Positions 1-12,417 of a stretch of DNA of 32,000 nucleotides are shown in pieces. The DNA is from Mesoplasma florum L1 (GTDB lineage Bacteria; Bacillota_I; Bacilli_A; Mycoplasmatales; Mycoplasmataceae). The stretch lies in assembly GCF_000008305.1 (NCBI RefSeq), contig NC_006055.1, positions 720,001-752,000 of the forward strand, read 5' to 3'. The notes beneath the pieces are model-generated. The model searched no databases. It was not told the origin of the DNA and saw only the letters and a program-made list of their open reading frames with translations. Made by a program: the position numbers and the translations under genes. Within the stretch, counting starts at the first letter, position 1, and the number at the start of each line of letters is the position of its first letter.

Positions 1-1402
<1,402 letters not shown>

Positions 1403-1512
1403 ATTTTCACTTCCTTTATATTTTGATTTTCTCAAATATTTAAAATTTAGCATATTTTACGTATTAAATAAATTTAACTTTTATAAATAGAAAGTTGTTA
1501 ACAAAAATGCTA

Positions 1513-2445
1513 TTATGCATTTTGTTTTTCTTCAAGCTCGCAAAGTTTATAAAAAACTCCATAACATCCTGCATCATTATTTAATTTTGATTTTTCGACA
1601 ACATTAAAAACTGGATTTTTTGAAAATTTGCTATTAGCATCAAAATTTCGATGAAACTTAATCTTATCAATAACCATTTTCATAAACTGTTTATTTTCGC
1701 TTACACCACCACCAATAGTTAGCAAATCAAAATCCAATAATTGATGAAAGTTAATTATTGCTTTAGCAATTGATGATGTTCATTCATCAACTAGTTTACA
1801 CACAATTTGATCTTTTTCATTAAATTTAGTAAAAATGTACTTACCTGAAATATTTTCGTTTGAGTTAATGATTTTTTTGTATTTCATAATTAAAGTACCC
1901 AGACCTGTGTCCAACGCGTAAGCAGATTTATCATTTTTATCATTTATTGAGCTAAACATTCCTGAAGCTTGACCAGCCTCAAAATTGCTTCCTTTATAAA
2001 GTTTACTATTAATTATGATTCCGCATCCTAAAGCAGAACCAATTGTAATATGAATAAAATTTATTAATTTTGGATCATTTCTAAATTTAAATTCGCCAAA
2101 CGCAGCTGATTTGCCGTCATTTTCAATTTCAAAATTTTGCATATTATATAATTTTGAGAATTTTGCATTTATATCAAATTCAACATCACAAAATGCTGAT
2201 TCAGTTATTACTTTTTTCTTTTCTGAGTCTAAAACACCAGGAATTGAAATACCTAAGTCAAAATAGTCTTTTTCGTTTTTTAAATCATCCAATATTATAT
2301 CTAAAACTTTTTCTAGGGGAACTTGAAACCCTTTCTTTTCTAAATGGGTAAAGTAAAGAATATCTTTAAATTCTACTTTATCATCATTAAAAACTATTTT
2401 TTTAATTGATGAACCACCCAAATCGTAAGTAATTTTTTTATTCAT
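1513..2445 (-). CDS. ROK-family sugar kinase (glucokinase-like)
   Basis: It has the DLGGSSIK N-terminal ATP-binding motif and the ENDGKSAAFGE and GSALGCGIII ROK motifs, but no CxCGxxGC zinc motif. Track ORFs 1513-1737 and 1780-2454 share a frame via TGA. The ATG at 2445 overlaps the stop of the upstream GH1 gene by 8 nt. The track's GTG at 2454 is an alternative start. Confidence 0.8.
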
Positions 2446-3838
2446 TGTAATCACCGTTGTTTTTAATTAATTCTTTGTATCAATAGAAACTGTCTTTTCT
2501 TATTCTTTTCATATCTTTTAAATCAAATTCATCTCTATTGACATAAATAAATCCATATCTTTTTGATATTCCTTCATGAGTTGAAACTAAATCAATAGCA
2601 CTTCAAGGCATATATCCTATCATCTCAACGCCATCTTCAATAGCTAGTCCCATTTGATGAATATGTTTTTTATAATAATCTATTCTATAATCGTCATGTA
2701 CTTTTCCATCTTCAGTTAAAACATCTTTAGCACCAATTCCATTTTCAGTAACCATAATTGGTAACTGATATCTTTCTCAAACTTCTCTTAAAGTATTTCT
2801 AAAGCCAACAGGATCAATTTCTCATCCAAACTGAGTTTTTTGAAGATTAGGGTTTTTTACTGATTTTGCAAAACCTTTAAATGCAAATCCAGATTGCTGG
2901 TCATTGTTTGTTGCTCCATCATCTCCATTTGAACTGTTGATAGCTTCAACAGTTCCAGAAGAATAATAATTAATCGCAATAAAATCAGGTTTTGCTACTT
3001 TAAATAATTCCATTTCTTCTTCAGTTGTTTTAATTTGTTTATTATTTTCTTCCAAATACTTTAAGAATTTTTTACTATATGATCCTCTACATAAAATATC
3101 TAAGTAAACTCAGTTTCTCAATAAATCCATGTTTAACTTAGCCGTAAAATCTTCAGGTTTACATGAAGCTGGGTAGTTAACTGATATGTTGGGTGCTGGC
3201 CCTATTTTGACTCCTGGACACATTTCCCTACACATTAGAATAGCCTTAGCTTGAACAACGTTCATGTTATGCATTACTTGTCATTCATTTGAAGAAGACT
3301 TTTCTTTATTTGTATTTATGATTTGTGAAACTAAAACCATAACATTCAGTTCATTAACTGTTAATCAATATTTAACTTTTGAACCAAAATTTTTAAACAA
3401 AACTGAGCAATATCTTTCATAATGTTTATAAACATTTTTGCTTTCTAATCCACCATCATCTTCAACAAACATAGGAATATCAAAGTGAAAAATTGTAACT
3501 ACTGGCTCAATATTATTTTTAATTAGTTCATCTAATAAGTTATTATAAAAATCAATTCCTTCTTGATTTATATTACCTTCCTTATCTTTAATTATTCTTG
3601 GTCATGAAATAGAAAATCTGTATGACTTAAATCCCATTTCTGCCATAAGAGCTACATCTTCTTTTCAATGGTTATAGTGATCAGCTGCAACACTAAAATC
3701 TGTTATTTCTTTGTTTGCGTGTTTTTTTGATGAAGGGTCCATTGATGATGGCACTTTGCCGCCTTGATATATACCCCCTTCTACTTGATAGGCGCTTGTA
3801 GCTGCACCCCATAAAAAATCTTTTGGAAATTTATTCAT
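2438..3838 (-). CDS. 6-phospho-beta-glucosidase, glycoside hydrolase family 1
   Basis: A strong RBS (TAAGGAGGG) precedes the ATG at 3838. The N-terminus is MNKFPKDFLWGAATSAYQVEGG. The TVNELNV and VTENG catalytic motifs are present, and the C-terminus FYWYKELIKNNG is typical of GH1. Hand translation is continuous through several TGA codons to TAA at 2438. Confidence 0.92.
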
Positions 3839-3918
3839 ATAATTCCCTCCTTATATTTTTATTTTATGCTTTGCATTTTTAATATGCCCTGATAAATAAG
3901 GCATTAAAAAAAACTTTC

Positions 3919-4662
3919 CTATTTAGAAAGTTTTTTTAACTCGTTTAATACCTCGATAAAAAGCATTTGAATTGCTATGTTTCTTATTAAAAATGATGCA
4001 CTATCATGATTAATATCTAAACAAATTGTATTGAAATTAAATTTCTTAAGTTTTTCCTCAGAAAATTGAGATGTTATTAAAAAACTTTTCTCTTTTTTAA
4101 AATTTTCAAGCATTTCAAACTCAACTTGATCAACCAAACTTTCTGTGTCAAGTCCACCAAACAAAATTATGTTGATCGATTGCTTTTTCTTTTTTATATT
4201 TTTCATGAATATATATTGTGTTTCAAAAATAATTGGCGTGATTTCACCTTCAAGTAATAATTCGTAAATAAAGTTTGAAGCAATTCTAAATTGATAAGAA
4301 CTGTATATATAAACATTCTTTTCAGCTGCAATAGAAGTAGCAATTAATTTTATAGTATCTTTTTTGGAAATTAATCAATCATTAATATCACGTAAAAAAT
4401 TTTTCATATTTCCTATTTCATTTATTTCATTAAGTTTATTTTGTTTCTTTAAATCAAATACTAGCTCTTTATATCCTGAAAAACCCAAACTTTTTGAAAA
4501 CTTTGTAATTGTTGATTCACTTACAAATGATTTTTCAGAAAGTTCTTTTTGTTTAAGGAACTTTCCTTGTCTAGCACTATTTAATATTTCGGTTGCTATT
4601 ATTTGATTTGTTGTATTAGTAAAATTTTTATGCTGTGTTTTTAATTTTTCATATATGTTCAT
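3919..4662 (-). CDS. RpiR/MurR-family transcriptional regulator (HTH plus a degenerate SIS-like domain)
   Basis: The N-terminal HTH reads KELSEKSFVSESTITKFSKSLGFSGYKEL. Track ORFs 3919-4206 and 4375-4662 share a frame and join through TGA. The RBS is AAGAGG. Confidence 0.8.
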
Positions 4663-4689
4663 CGATTTACCTCTTTAAAAAGATTTTAC

Positions 4690-4716
4690 AATAAAAAAGT
4701 AAACATTGAGTTTACT
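4690..4716 (-). terminator. Intrinsic terminator after the PTS gene
   Basis: On the minus strand a perfect 7-bp stem (AGTAAAC, loop TCAAT, GTTTACT) is followed by TTTTTTATT. It lies 12 nt after the TAA at 4728. Confidence 0.75.
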
Positions 4717-4727
4717 CTTATATTTTA

Positions 4728-7352
4728 TTAAATCGTTTTAACCGCTTTTTTATTTTTCTTTAAACTTTTTGTAAGTTGTTTTAGAGAAATATTTATGTTT
4801 TTAGGGTTTTCAAAGTCATATGCAATTTTTAATGAATTTAAATCGTTTCAATAGTTATTTTTAATTTCAACTATTTCTTCTTTTAAATTATATTGTTTAC
4901 TGATTTGTGATAATAAATTATCAATTTCTTTTTGTTTAGGTTCAATTATTTTATCAAGTGTTTTGAAATCAATTTTTGCTTTCAATTCATCACGCTCAAT
5001 TTTTAATTTATCTATTTTTGCTTTATAAGAAAGGCTATTAAATTCATTAACTAATTTTTTTGAAGTTTGTAAATCATTTTTACTTATTGCTTTTTTACCT
5101 TTTTTATAAATTTGTTGCTCATGTTTATATTCATTTTCAGTTAGTGTTTCAATTTTTGAATCAACAGAAACAACTTTTTGAATTTGTTTTTCAATTTTTT
5201 TAATTTGTTTAACTGTGTCTTTATTTACAACAGCTTTCATTTCTTTAATTTGAGATTTTAAAATTTGAATTTCTTCGTCTGTTAAATTATCTTTAACTTT
5301 AATGAATTTTAACAAAGCATTTGCTGATTTAGAAATAGATGATTTTTCATTTGGTCTTTCAATATAAATTAGTAAACTAAATACAGTTCCTAAAGCTAAT
5401 GCTATAGCGGCACCTGAAATATATAAAAGTCCGTTTGAAATGTTTGATAATTCAGCTGTTCCACCCATTGTTGGTGAAGAAAAGAAACCAATAAATTCAA
5501 ATATTCCAAATCCTGTTCCGGCTCTTGCTGTTACACCAACGGCATTACAATAAGCTCCAGCGAAGAATGCAGCTATACATCCTGCTATTAAAGGACGTTT
5601 TTTAGGTAAGCTTATACCATATAAAATAGGTTCAGTAATTCCTAAACATCCTGCAGGCAACATATGAATTGCATCTTTTTTAAGTTTTGAATTTTGTGTT
5701 ACTAAAATAACACCCACTAAAGCTCCAACTTGAGCTCAAACAGAAATACCCATTATCATGAATATACCTGCTCCACCTCTTTGAATACTATCTAAAATAC
5801 CTACAATTATAAGCCCCATGTGAATTCCAAAAATTACAGCAACTTGTCATATTCCAATATAGAAACCTACCCCAATTCCTAATGGAGCTTGACCAATTCA
5901 ATACATTAGTGTTCCAGCTAATGTTTCAATAACATTTCATACTGGTAATAATATGAAAAATGAAGTTGGAACTATTACCATAACTAATAAGAAAGGTCTA
6001 AACATTAATTCTAATGAAATTGGAATTCATGTTTTAATTCAATCATTTAAATATTTGGCAGCTATTGTAGCCCCAATAACGACAAACATTTTATTAGTCA
6101 TTGCAGCTATCTTAACTTTAGATATTCCATCTAAAACAGGGTTACCTGTGTTTAAATCTCCGAAGTCAATAACTATTCATTCATGACCCATTCCACCTGA
6201 ACCACCATCTAAGAACATTAATGGAGTTGATAAGATCAATGCAATTGATGCGGCTATAATAACATCAAATTTAAAGTACTGAGCTGTACTTATTGCAATA
6301 GCTATTGTTCCAAAAACTGTTGTTGTTTTTGCCATAATAAATAATATAATTCATCCAATAGCTGCATCTTTTAGTAAGACCTGATTGCCACTCGCTTGCG
6401 CTGTAATAACAATATCGGGCATAACATTTATTTGAACTAAAATACCCACAATGGCTTGAACAATAGCACACCCTACTAATACTGGTATAGTTTTTACCAT
6501 TATTGAAGCAAACATTCTTATAAATTGTGCTCCCCTGCTTTGTTTCTCATTATTTTCATTTGTTTGAGAAGCAACTACTGAATTAGCAAATTCATTTTGA
6601 GCTATAACTTCATCTTTTAATTTATATACATCTTGTCCAATTACAACTTGCAATTCATCACCTTGTCAAATTGTACTTTTAACTAGTGACAAAGTTCTTA
6701 TTTTTTCTTCATTAACAATTTCTTTATCTTTAACCAAAAATCTCAAACGTGTCATACAATTATAAACGTCTCTATAATTTTTTGGTCCTCCAACAAGTTC
6801 ATTAAGAATTCTTGCTTCTTTTTGATATTTATTTTCAGCATTAAAAAATTCTTCAAAATCTTTATTAGTCATTTTATTTGGATCTGCTTTTACAATTTGT
6901 TCTTCTAGTACTTTTATTGTACAAATAAGATCTCCTTGCTTAAAATTACCTTTTACAGAATTTAAAATTTCAATTGGTTGATCAAAAACAATTGGAGTTT
7001 CTGTTGAAATTTTTTCTGCATTCACCATTTTTAAATCAACTTCAAAAATTTCATCACCTAATCTTATTTTTTTGTCAATTTCTAAATTTGTTTTAAAAGG
7101 TTTACCACCTAATTTAACAGTATCTAACCCACAGTGAATTAAAACGTTTATACCTTCAATATCAAAACCATATGCATGTTTTGTTTCGAAAATCATTATT
7201 GTTTTAGCTTCTAAAAATGGTGAATAAAACTTATTTTTCTTTGGGATAATTAATAAACCATCACCAAGTAATTTTTTAGAAAAAGTTTCATCACTACATT
7301 CACTTAAAGATTTAACTTCACAGTCCACTGGAGCATAAATTTTTATTTCCAT
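4728..7352 (-). CDS. PTS sugar permease, fused EIIA(Glc-type)-EIIB-EIIC of the glucose/beta-glucoside superfamily, with a ~210-aa C-terminal charged helical tail
   Basis: EIIA carries the His motifs ETKHAYGF and LIHCGLDTVKLGGKPF. EIIB carries the Cys motif YNCMTRLRF. EIIC carries the GITEP motif and many TM helices. Track ORFs 4848-5717, 6351-6653 and 6666-7352 are in one frame. I hand-translated 5718-6350 and found only TGA codons. The reading frame continues past the TGA at 4845-4847 to TAA at 4728. Confidence 0.9.
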
Positions 7353-7479
7353 ATTTTTTATTCCTTTCTAGAATATTTTCCAATATAAACTCAAAAATAA
7401 CTTGTTTTTGTATAAAACTTACATTAAATTTCTTTTTTGGAAAGTTTTTAGTTTTTAGAAATAAAAAATAATACTAATC

Positions 7480-7510
7480 AATAAAAAACACCAGTTTATT
7501 CAACTGGTGT
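7480..7510 (-). terminator. Intrinsic terminator of the small membrane-protein gene
   Basis: On the minus strand a 9-bp stem (ACACCAGTT, loop GAATA, AACTGGTGT) is followed by TTTTTTATT. The TAA stop (7496-7498) sits in the loop. Confidence 0.75.
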
Positions 7511-7855
7511 TTTATTTTCTAATTTTATTTTATCTTGTTCATCTGTTAACATTACTGAAGCTACTATAAATAGAATACCAGATACTAAATTAACAAATAA
7601 TAGTGTACATACTGATAAAGCTATATGAGTTACTTCTTCCTCTGTTCCAATTTGTTTATATGCTTTATTTGCTGCTAAAGTCATTGGTATAGTTCAAACT
7701 AAAGGAACTAAGAATATAACCAATAAGACTACTCCAACTATCGGATTAGCTGTAATTCCAATTAATCCGTATATTAAAGCAATTAAGACAGCAAATCCCA
7801 TATATACAATATTTAAAATTATTCCTATTAAATATAATGATTTTCTTGTTTGCAT
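7496..7855 (-). CDS. Small hydrophobic membrane protein (about 119 aa, 3-4 predicted TM helices), function unknown
   Basis: The ATG at 7855 follows AAGGTGG. The frame is continuous with track ORF 7496-7684 through one TGA. The sequence is rich in I/L/V/G segments. Confidence 0.6.
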
Positions 7856-7881
7856 TTTTCCACCTTTTCTTTTCTAATGAT

Positions 7882-7914
7882 AACAAAAAAAATTGCCGTT
7901 AAGCAATTTTTTGT
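7882..7914 (-). terminator. Intrinsic terminator after tuf
   Basis: On the minus strand the stem AATTGC/GCAATT, extended by A-T pairs, is followed by a U-run (TTTTTTTTGTT). It lies just below the tuf stop at 7922. Confidence 0.7.
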
Positions 7915-7921
7915 TTTGGTA

Positions 7922-9106
7922 TTATTGAACTGAAATAACTGTTCCAGCACCAATAGTTCTTCCACCTTCACGGATTGAGAATTTTGTTCCATCTTCAACG
8001 GCAATTGGTTTAATTAATTCAACTGTCATTTCAACGTTATCTCCAGGCATAACCATGTCTGTTCCTGCAGGTAAGATTACTTCACCAGTAACATCAGTTG
8101 TACGGAAGTAGAATTGAGGACGGTATTTGTTAAAGAATGGTTTTTGACGTCCACCTTCTTCAGTAGTTAAAGCATAAACTGATGCTTGTAATTTAGTATG
8201 AGGTTTAATAGTTCCAGGTTTAGCTAAAACTTGTCCACGTTCAATACTTTCTCTATCAACACCACGTAGTAATGCTCCAACGTTGTCTCCAGCTTCAGCA
8301 AAATCTAATAATTTTCTGAACATTTCTAATCCAGTAACAACAGTTTTTTTAGCTTCTTCAACTAATCCAACGATTTCAACTTCTTCGTTAACTTTAATTG
8401 TTCCACGTTCAACACGTCCTGTAGCAACAGTTCCACGTCCTGTAATTGTGAAAACGTCTTCAACAGGCATTAAGAATGTTTTATCTGAATCACGAGTTGG
8501 AGTTGGGATGTATTCATCAACTGCAGCCATTAATTCTTCAATAGCAGCAACTCATTTAGCTTCTCCGTTTAAAGCTCCTAAAGCTGATCCACGGATAACT
8601 GGTGCTCCGTCTCCATCGAAGTCGTAAGCTGATAATAAGTCTCTAACTTCCATTTCAACTAAGTCGATCATTTCTTCATCATCAACCATGTCACATTTGT
8701 TTAAGAAAACAACAATTTTTGGAACTCCAACTTGTCTTGATAATAAGATGTGTTCACGAGTTTGAGGCATAGGTCCATCAGTTGCAGCAACAACTAAGAT
8801 CCCACCATCCATTTGAGCAGCACCTGTAATCATGTTTTTAACATAATCGGCGTGTCCTGGACAGTCTACGTGTGCGTAGTGTCTGTTTTCTGTTTTATAT
8901 TCAACGTGTGAAGTATTAATTGTAATTCCACGTTCTCTTTCTTCTGGAGCGTTATCGATATTTGCGTAATCTTTAAATTCTGCTCCACCTTTATCTGCTA
9001 AAACTTTAGTAATAGCAGCAGTTAATGTAGTTTTACCGTGGTCAACGTGTCCAATAGTACCAATGTTAACGTGAGGTAAACTACGGTCAAAAGCTTCTTT
9101 TGCCAT
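7922..9106 (-). CDS. tuf: Elongation factor Tu
   Basis: The product is 394 aa and begins [28 protein letters not shown]. The DCPGH and NKCD motifs are present. Track ORFs 7922-8530 and 8552-9106 join at the TGA at 8552-8554, which falls on the conserved Trp in GEAKW. Confidence 0.98.
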
Positions 9107-9166
9107 TTTTGTATTTCTCCTTTATTTATATCTAGCGATATTAGATTTACTTTCTAGTATCTTTAC

Positions 9167-9182
9167 CGCCCCCGTAGGGGCG
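9167..9182 (-). promoter_or_regulatory. GC-only 6-bp stem-loop in the fusA-tuf spacer (tuf leader)
   Basis: On the minus strand it reads CGCCCC-UACG-GGGGCG, a C(UACG)G UNCG-type tetraloop. No U-tract follows on the minus strand. It is the only all-G/C stretch in this AT-rich spacer. Confidence 0.5.
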
Positions 9183-9207
9183 TTGTTTATTCTTATTAAT
9201 TAAGAAT

Positions 9208-9236
9208 ATTTTAACTTTTTACATCAATAAGTGCAA
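9208..9236 (-). promoter_or_regulatory. Candidate internal promoter for tuf
   Basis: On the minus strand TTGCAC (9236..9231) is followed by a 17-nt spacer and TAAAAT (9213..9208). It lies immediately after the fusA stop. Confidence 0.4.
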
Positions 9237-9246
9237 TTATAAATTA

Positions 9247-11316
9247 CTACTTACCTGATTTTTTAATAATTTCTTCTGCAATAGATCTAGGTGCTTCAGC
9301 ATAGTGACTGAAAATCATAGTGTAGTTTCCACGTCCTTGTGTGAATGATCTTAATTCTGTTGCATAACCAAACATTTCTGTTAGAGGAACTTTAGATTTA
9401 ATTGTTTGTGCGTTTCCTCTTTGTTCTGATCCTTCGATTAATCCACGTTTTGATGAAATGTTACCCATTACATCTCCATAGTATTCATCCGGAACAGTTA
9501 CTTCAACGTTCATGATTGGTTCTAAGATAACTGGATTCATTTTTTTACATGCTTCTTTTAAAGCAAATGATGCAGCGATTTTATAAGCCATTTCGTTTGA
9601 GTCAACGTCGTGCATTGATCCATCAACGATTGTTGCTTTAACATCGATCATTGGGTATCCAGCAACAACCCCGTTTGTAAGTGCGTTTTCTAAACCAACA
9701 CGTGCAGCATTGATGTATTCTTTAGAAACACGTCCTCCAGTAATTTTGTCAACTCATTCAAACCCTTTATCAACGTTTGGTTCGAATTCAATAACAACGT
9801 GACCATATGACCCACGTCCTCCTGATTGTTTAACATATTTACCTTCAGCTTTTGCTGGTAATTTAATTGTTTCACGGTATGATACTTGAGGTGCTCCAAC
9901 ATTTGTTTCAACTTTGAATTCACGTCTCATACGGTCAACAATAATATCTAAGTGTAATTCACCCATACCAGCAATAATAGTTTGTCCAGTTTCTTCATCA
10001 GTATATGTTCTGAAAGTTGGATCTTCTTCTGCTAATTTTGATAATGCTAATCCCATTTTTTCTTGATCCGCTTTAGTTTTTGGTTCTAAAGCTAATTGGA
10101 TAACTGGTTCTGGGAATACCATTGATTCTAAAATAATTTCATGTTTTTCATCAACTAAAGTATCACCTGTTGTAGTATTTTTTAATCCAACAGCAGCTGC
10201 AATATCTCCAGCATAAACTTCTTCAATTTCGTTACGGTTGTTTGCGTGCATTTGTAAAATACGTCCTACACGTTCTTTATCACCTTTTGTTGAGTTCAAT
10301 ACATAACTTCCTTTTGTAAGAATACCTGAGTAAACTCTAAAGAATGTTAATTTACCAACGAATGGGTCAGTCATAACTTTGAAAGCTAAAGCTGAGAATG
10401 GTTCATTGTCATCTGCATGTCTTTCTGCTTCTTCACCATTTGGTAAAACACCTTTAATTGAAGGAACGTCTAATGGTGAAGGTAAATAATCAACAACTGC
10501 GTCTAATAATAATTTAACACCTTTGTTTTTGAAAGCTGATCCAGCTAAAACTGGGAAGAATTCTGCACCAATAACCCCTTTACGGATTGCTTGTTTTAAT
10601 TCAGGAATAGTGATTTCTTCACCATCTAAGAATTTCATCATTAATTCTTCATCGTATTCAACAGCGGCTTCAACTAATTCGCTTCTTAAAATTTCTGCTT
10701 GATCTTTTAAATCTGCAGGAATTTCAATTTCTTTAGCAATTTCTTCAGCTTTTCCGTCAAATTCGTAAGCTTTCATTTCAACTAAATCGATTATTCCTGT
10801 GAAGTTATCTTCAGCACCGATTGGTAATTGAATTGGAGCAGCTTTGGCTCCTAAACGATCCCCGATTGATTTAACTGAATAGATGAAATCTGCTCCAGTT
10901 TTATCCATTTTGTTAACAAAAACAATACGAGGAACTCTATAAGTAGTTGCTTGTCTTCAAACAGTTTCAGTTTGAGGTTCAACTCCTGATTGTCCATCAA
11001 GAACTGCTACAGCTCCATCAAGAACACGTAATGAACGTTCAACTTCAACAGTGAAGTCAACGTGACCTGGAGTATCAATTATGTTGAAACGGTTATTTTT
11101 TCAGAATGCAGTTGTTGCAGCTGAAGTAATTGTAATACCACGTTCTTGCTCTTGTGCCATTCAGTCCATTTGTGAAGCCCCTTCATGAGTTTCACCAATT
11201 TTATGAATTTTACCTGTGTGGAATAAAATACGTTCTGTTGTAGTAGTTTTCCCAGCATCAATGTGAGCCATAATTCCAAGGTTACGAGTATTTTCTAAAC
11301 TAAATTCTCTTGGCAT
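9247..11316 (-). CDS. fusA: Elongation factor G
   Basis: The product is 689 aa and begins [31 protein letters not shown]. Track ORFs 9247-9651 and 9754-10908 share a frame. The remaining pieces join through TGA. Confidence 0.98.
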
Positions 11317-11353
11317 AATTTTGCCCCCTATCTAAATAAAATATTTGTTGATC

Positions 11354-11821
11354 TTATCAACGGTAGTGTGCAAATGCTTTATTAGCTTCTGCCATTTTAT
11401 GTGTATCTTCACGTTTTTTAACTGATCCACCCATGTTGTTTGATGCATCAATAATTTCGTTAGCTAACTTAACAGTCATAACTTTTTCATTTCTTAATCT
11501 TGCATAGTTAATTAATCAACGTAAAGCTAATGTAACTTGTCTTTCATCTGAAACTTCAACTGGCACTTGGTAGTTAGCTCCCCCAATACGACGAACTTTT
11601 AATTCTAAGTGCGGTTTGATGTTTTCAATAGCTTTGTTAAAAATTTCAATTGGCTCTTCACCAGTTTTTTCTTTGATAATGTCAAATGCATCATAAATAA
11701 TTGTTTGAGCTGTTCCTCTCTTACCATCTAACATAATTTTGTTGATAGCACGAGTAACTAATTTTGAGTTATAAATTGGATCTGCTAAAACATCTCTTTT
11801 TTCTGCTCTATTTTTACGCAT
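11354..11821 (-). CDS. rpsG: 30S ribosomal protein S7
   Basis: The product is 155 aa. Track ORF 11516-11821 continues through TGA. The C-terminus KAFAHYRW is encoded as ...CGT TGA TAA, so the conserved terminal Trp is a TGA codon. Confidence 0.97.
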
Positions 11822-11901
11822 AGTTTTGACTCCTTTCTTGATTTTCTATTTTGTGATACTTATTTGTGGTTCATTTCACGGTTCTTCTAAATTTAATTAG
11901 A

Positions 11902-12315
11902 CTATTTTTTAGGTCTTTTCGCTCCATATAAAGAACGAGATTGTTTACGGTTGTTAACTGCTTGAGTATCTAATGTTCCACGAATAATGTGGTAACGTAC
12001 CCCTGGTAAGTCTTTTACACGTCCCCCACGAATTAAAACAACTGAGTGTTCTTGAAGGTTATGTCCTTCTCCTGGGATATATGCATTAACTTCCATTCCG
12101 TTTGTTAATCTAACACGAGCGTATTTACGTAACGCAGAGTTGGGTTTTTTAGGTGTCATTGTAGCAACACGAGTACATACTCCTCTTTTTTGAGGTGCAG
12201 AAACTTTAGTTACTTTCTTTTTCAATGAGTTTACCCCTCTGTTTAAAGCAGGCGCTTTAGTTTTTCAAGTTTTAGCTTTACGGTTTGTTTTAACTAATTG
12301 ATTGATTGTTGGCAT
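11902..12315 (-). CDS. rpsL: 30S ribosomal protein S12
   Basis: The product is 137 aa. The ATG at 12315 follows AAAGGAGG. The N-terminus is [24 protein letters not shown] with one TGA Trp. It joins track ORF 11902-12225. Confidence 0.97.
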
Positions 12316-12364
12316 TGTATTTCCTCCTTTCACAATTCCGTGTGTGTTGAACTCACATAAATAA

Positions 12365-12393
12365 ATTATACACTTAATTGATTAAAAGTTCAA
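12365..12393 (-). promoter_or_regulatory. str operon promoter (rpsL-rpsG-fusA-tuf)
   Basis: On the minus strand TTGAAC (12393..12388) is followed by a 17-nt spacer and TATAAT (12370..12365). It lies about 50 nt upstream of the rpsL ATG. Confidence 0.65.
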
Positions 12394-12417
12394 ACTTATA
12401 TCAACAAGTGTATATTT

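Noticed and set aside
6271-6471. Off-frame minus-strand track ORFs: 6271-6471, 9690-9923, 11079-11279, 14353-14541 and 24486-24689.
   Set aside because: They are alternative frames inside the PTS gene, fusA, cls and rpmE. The true frames are established by motif content and by continuity under table 4.
7353-7495. A promoter or operator upstream of the PTS gene, including the TTCTAGAA palindrome at the RBS and a TTTTTTGGAAA half-site that resembles the ulaA operator.
   Set aside because: Several weak -35/-10 combinations are possible, but none is convincing. The half-site similarity is confined to A/T runs, and there is no matching inverted partner.
8283-8627. Plus-strand track ORFs lying antisense inside confidently identified minus-strand genes. 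The example here is the 114-aa ORF at 8283-8627 within tuf. Others are 2154-2351, 4364-4606, 5953-6186, 12452-12643, 16384-16566, 19323-19556, 21548-21877, 23600-23788, 25620-25805, 28688-28981, 29438-29638, 29973-30206, 30597-30803 and 31490-31678.
   Set aside because: Each is fully shadowed by a conserved or full-length gene on the opposite strand. None has an RBS. Their composition is low-complexity, as expected for antisense reading of AT-rich coding sequence.
11822-11901. The rpsL-rpsG intercistronic region as an S7 autoregulatory site, as in E. coli.
   Set aside because: I could see only short, weak pairings (a repeated GAACC and GTGA/TCAC). Nothing in the sequence alone supports a structured operator.
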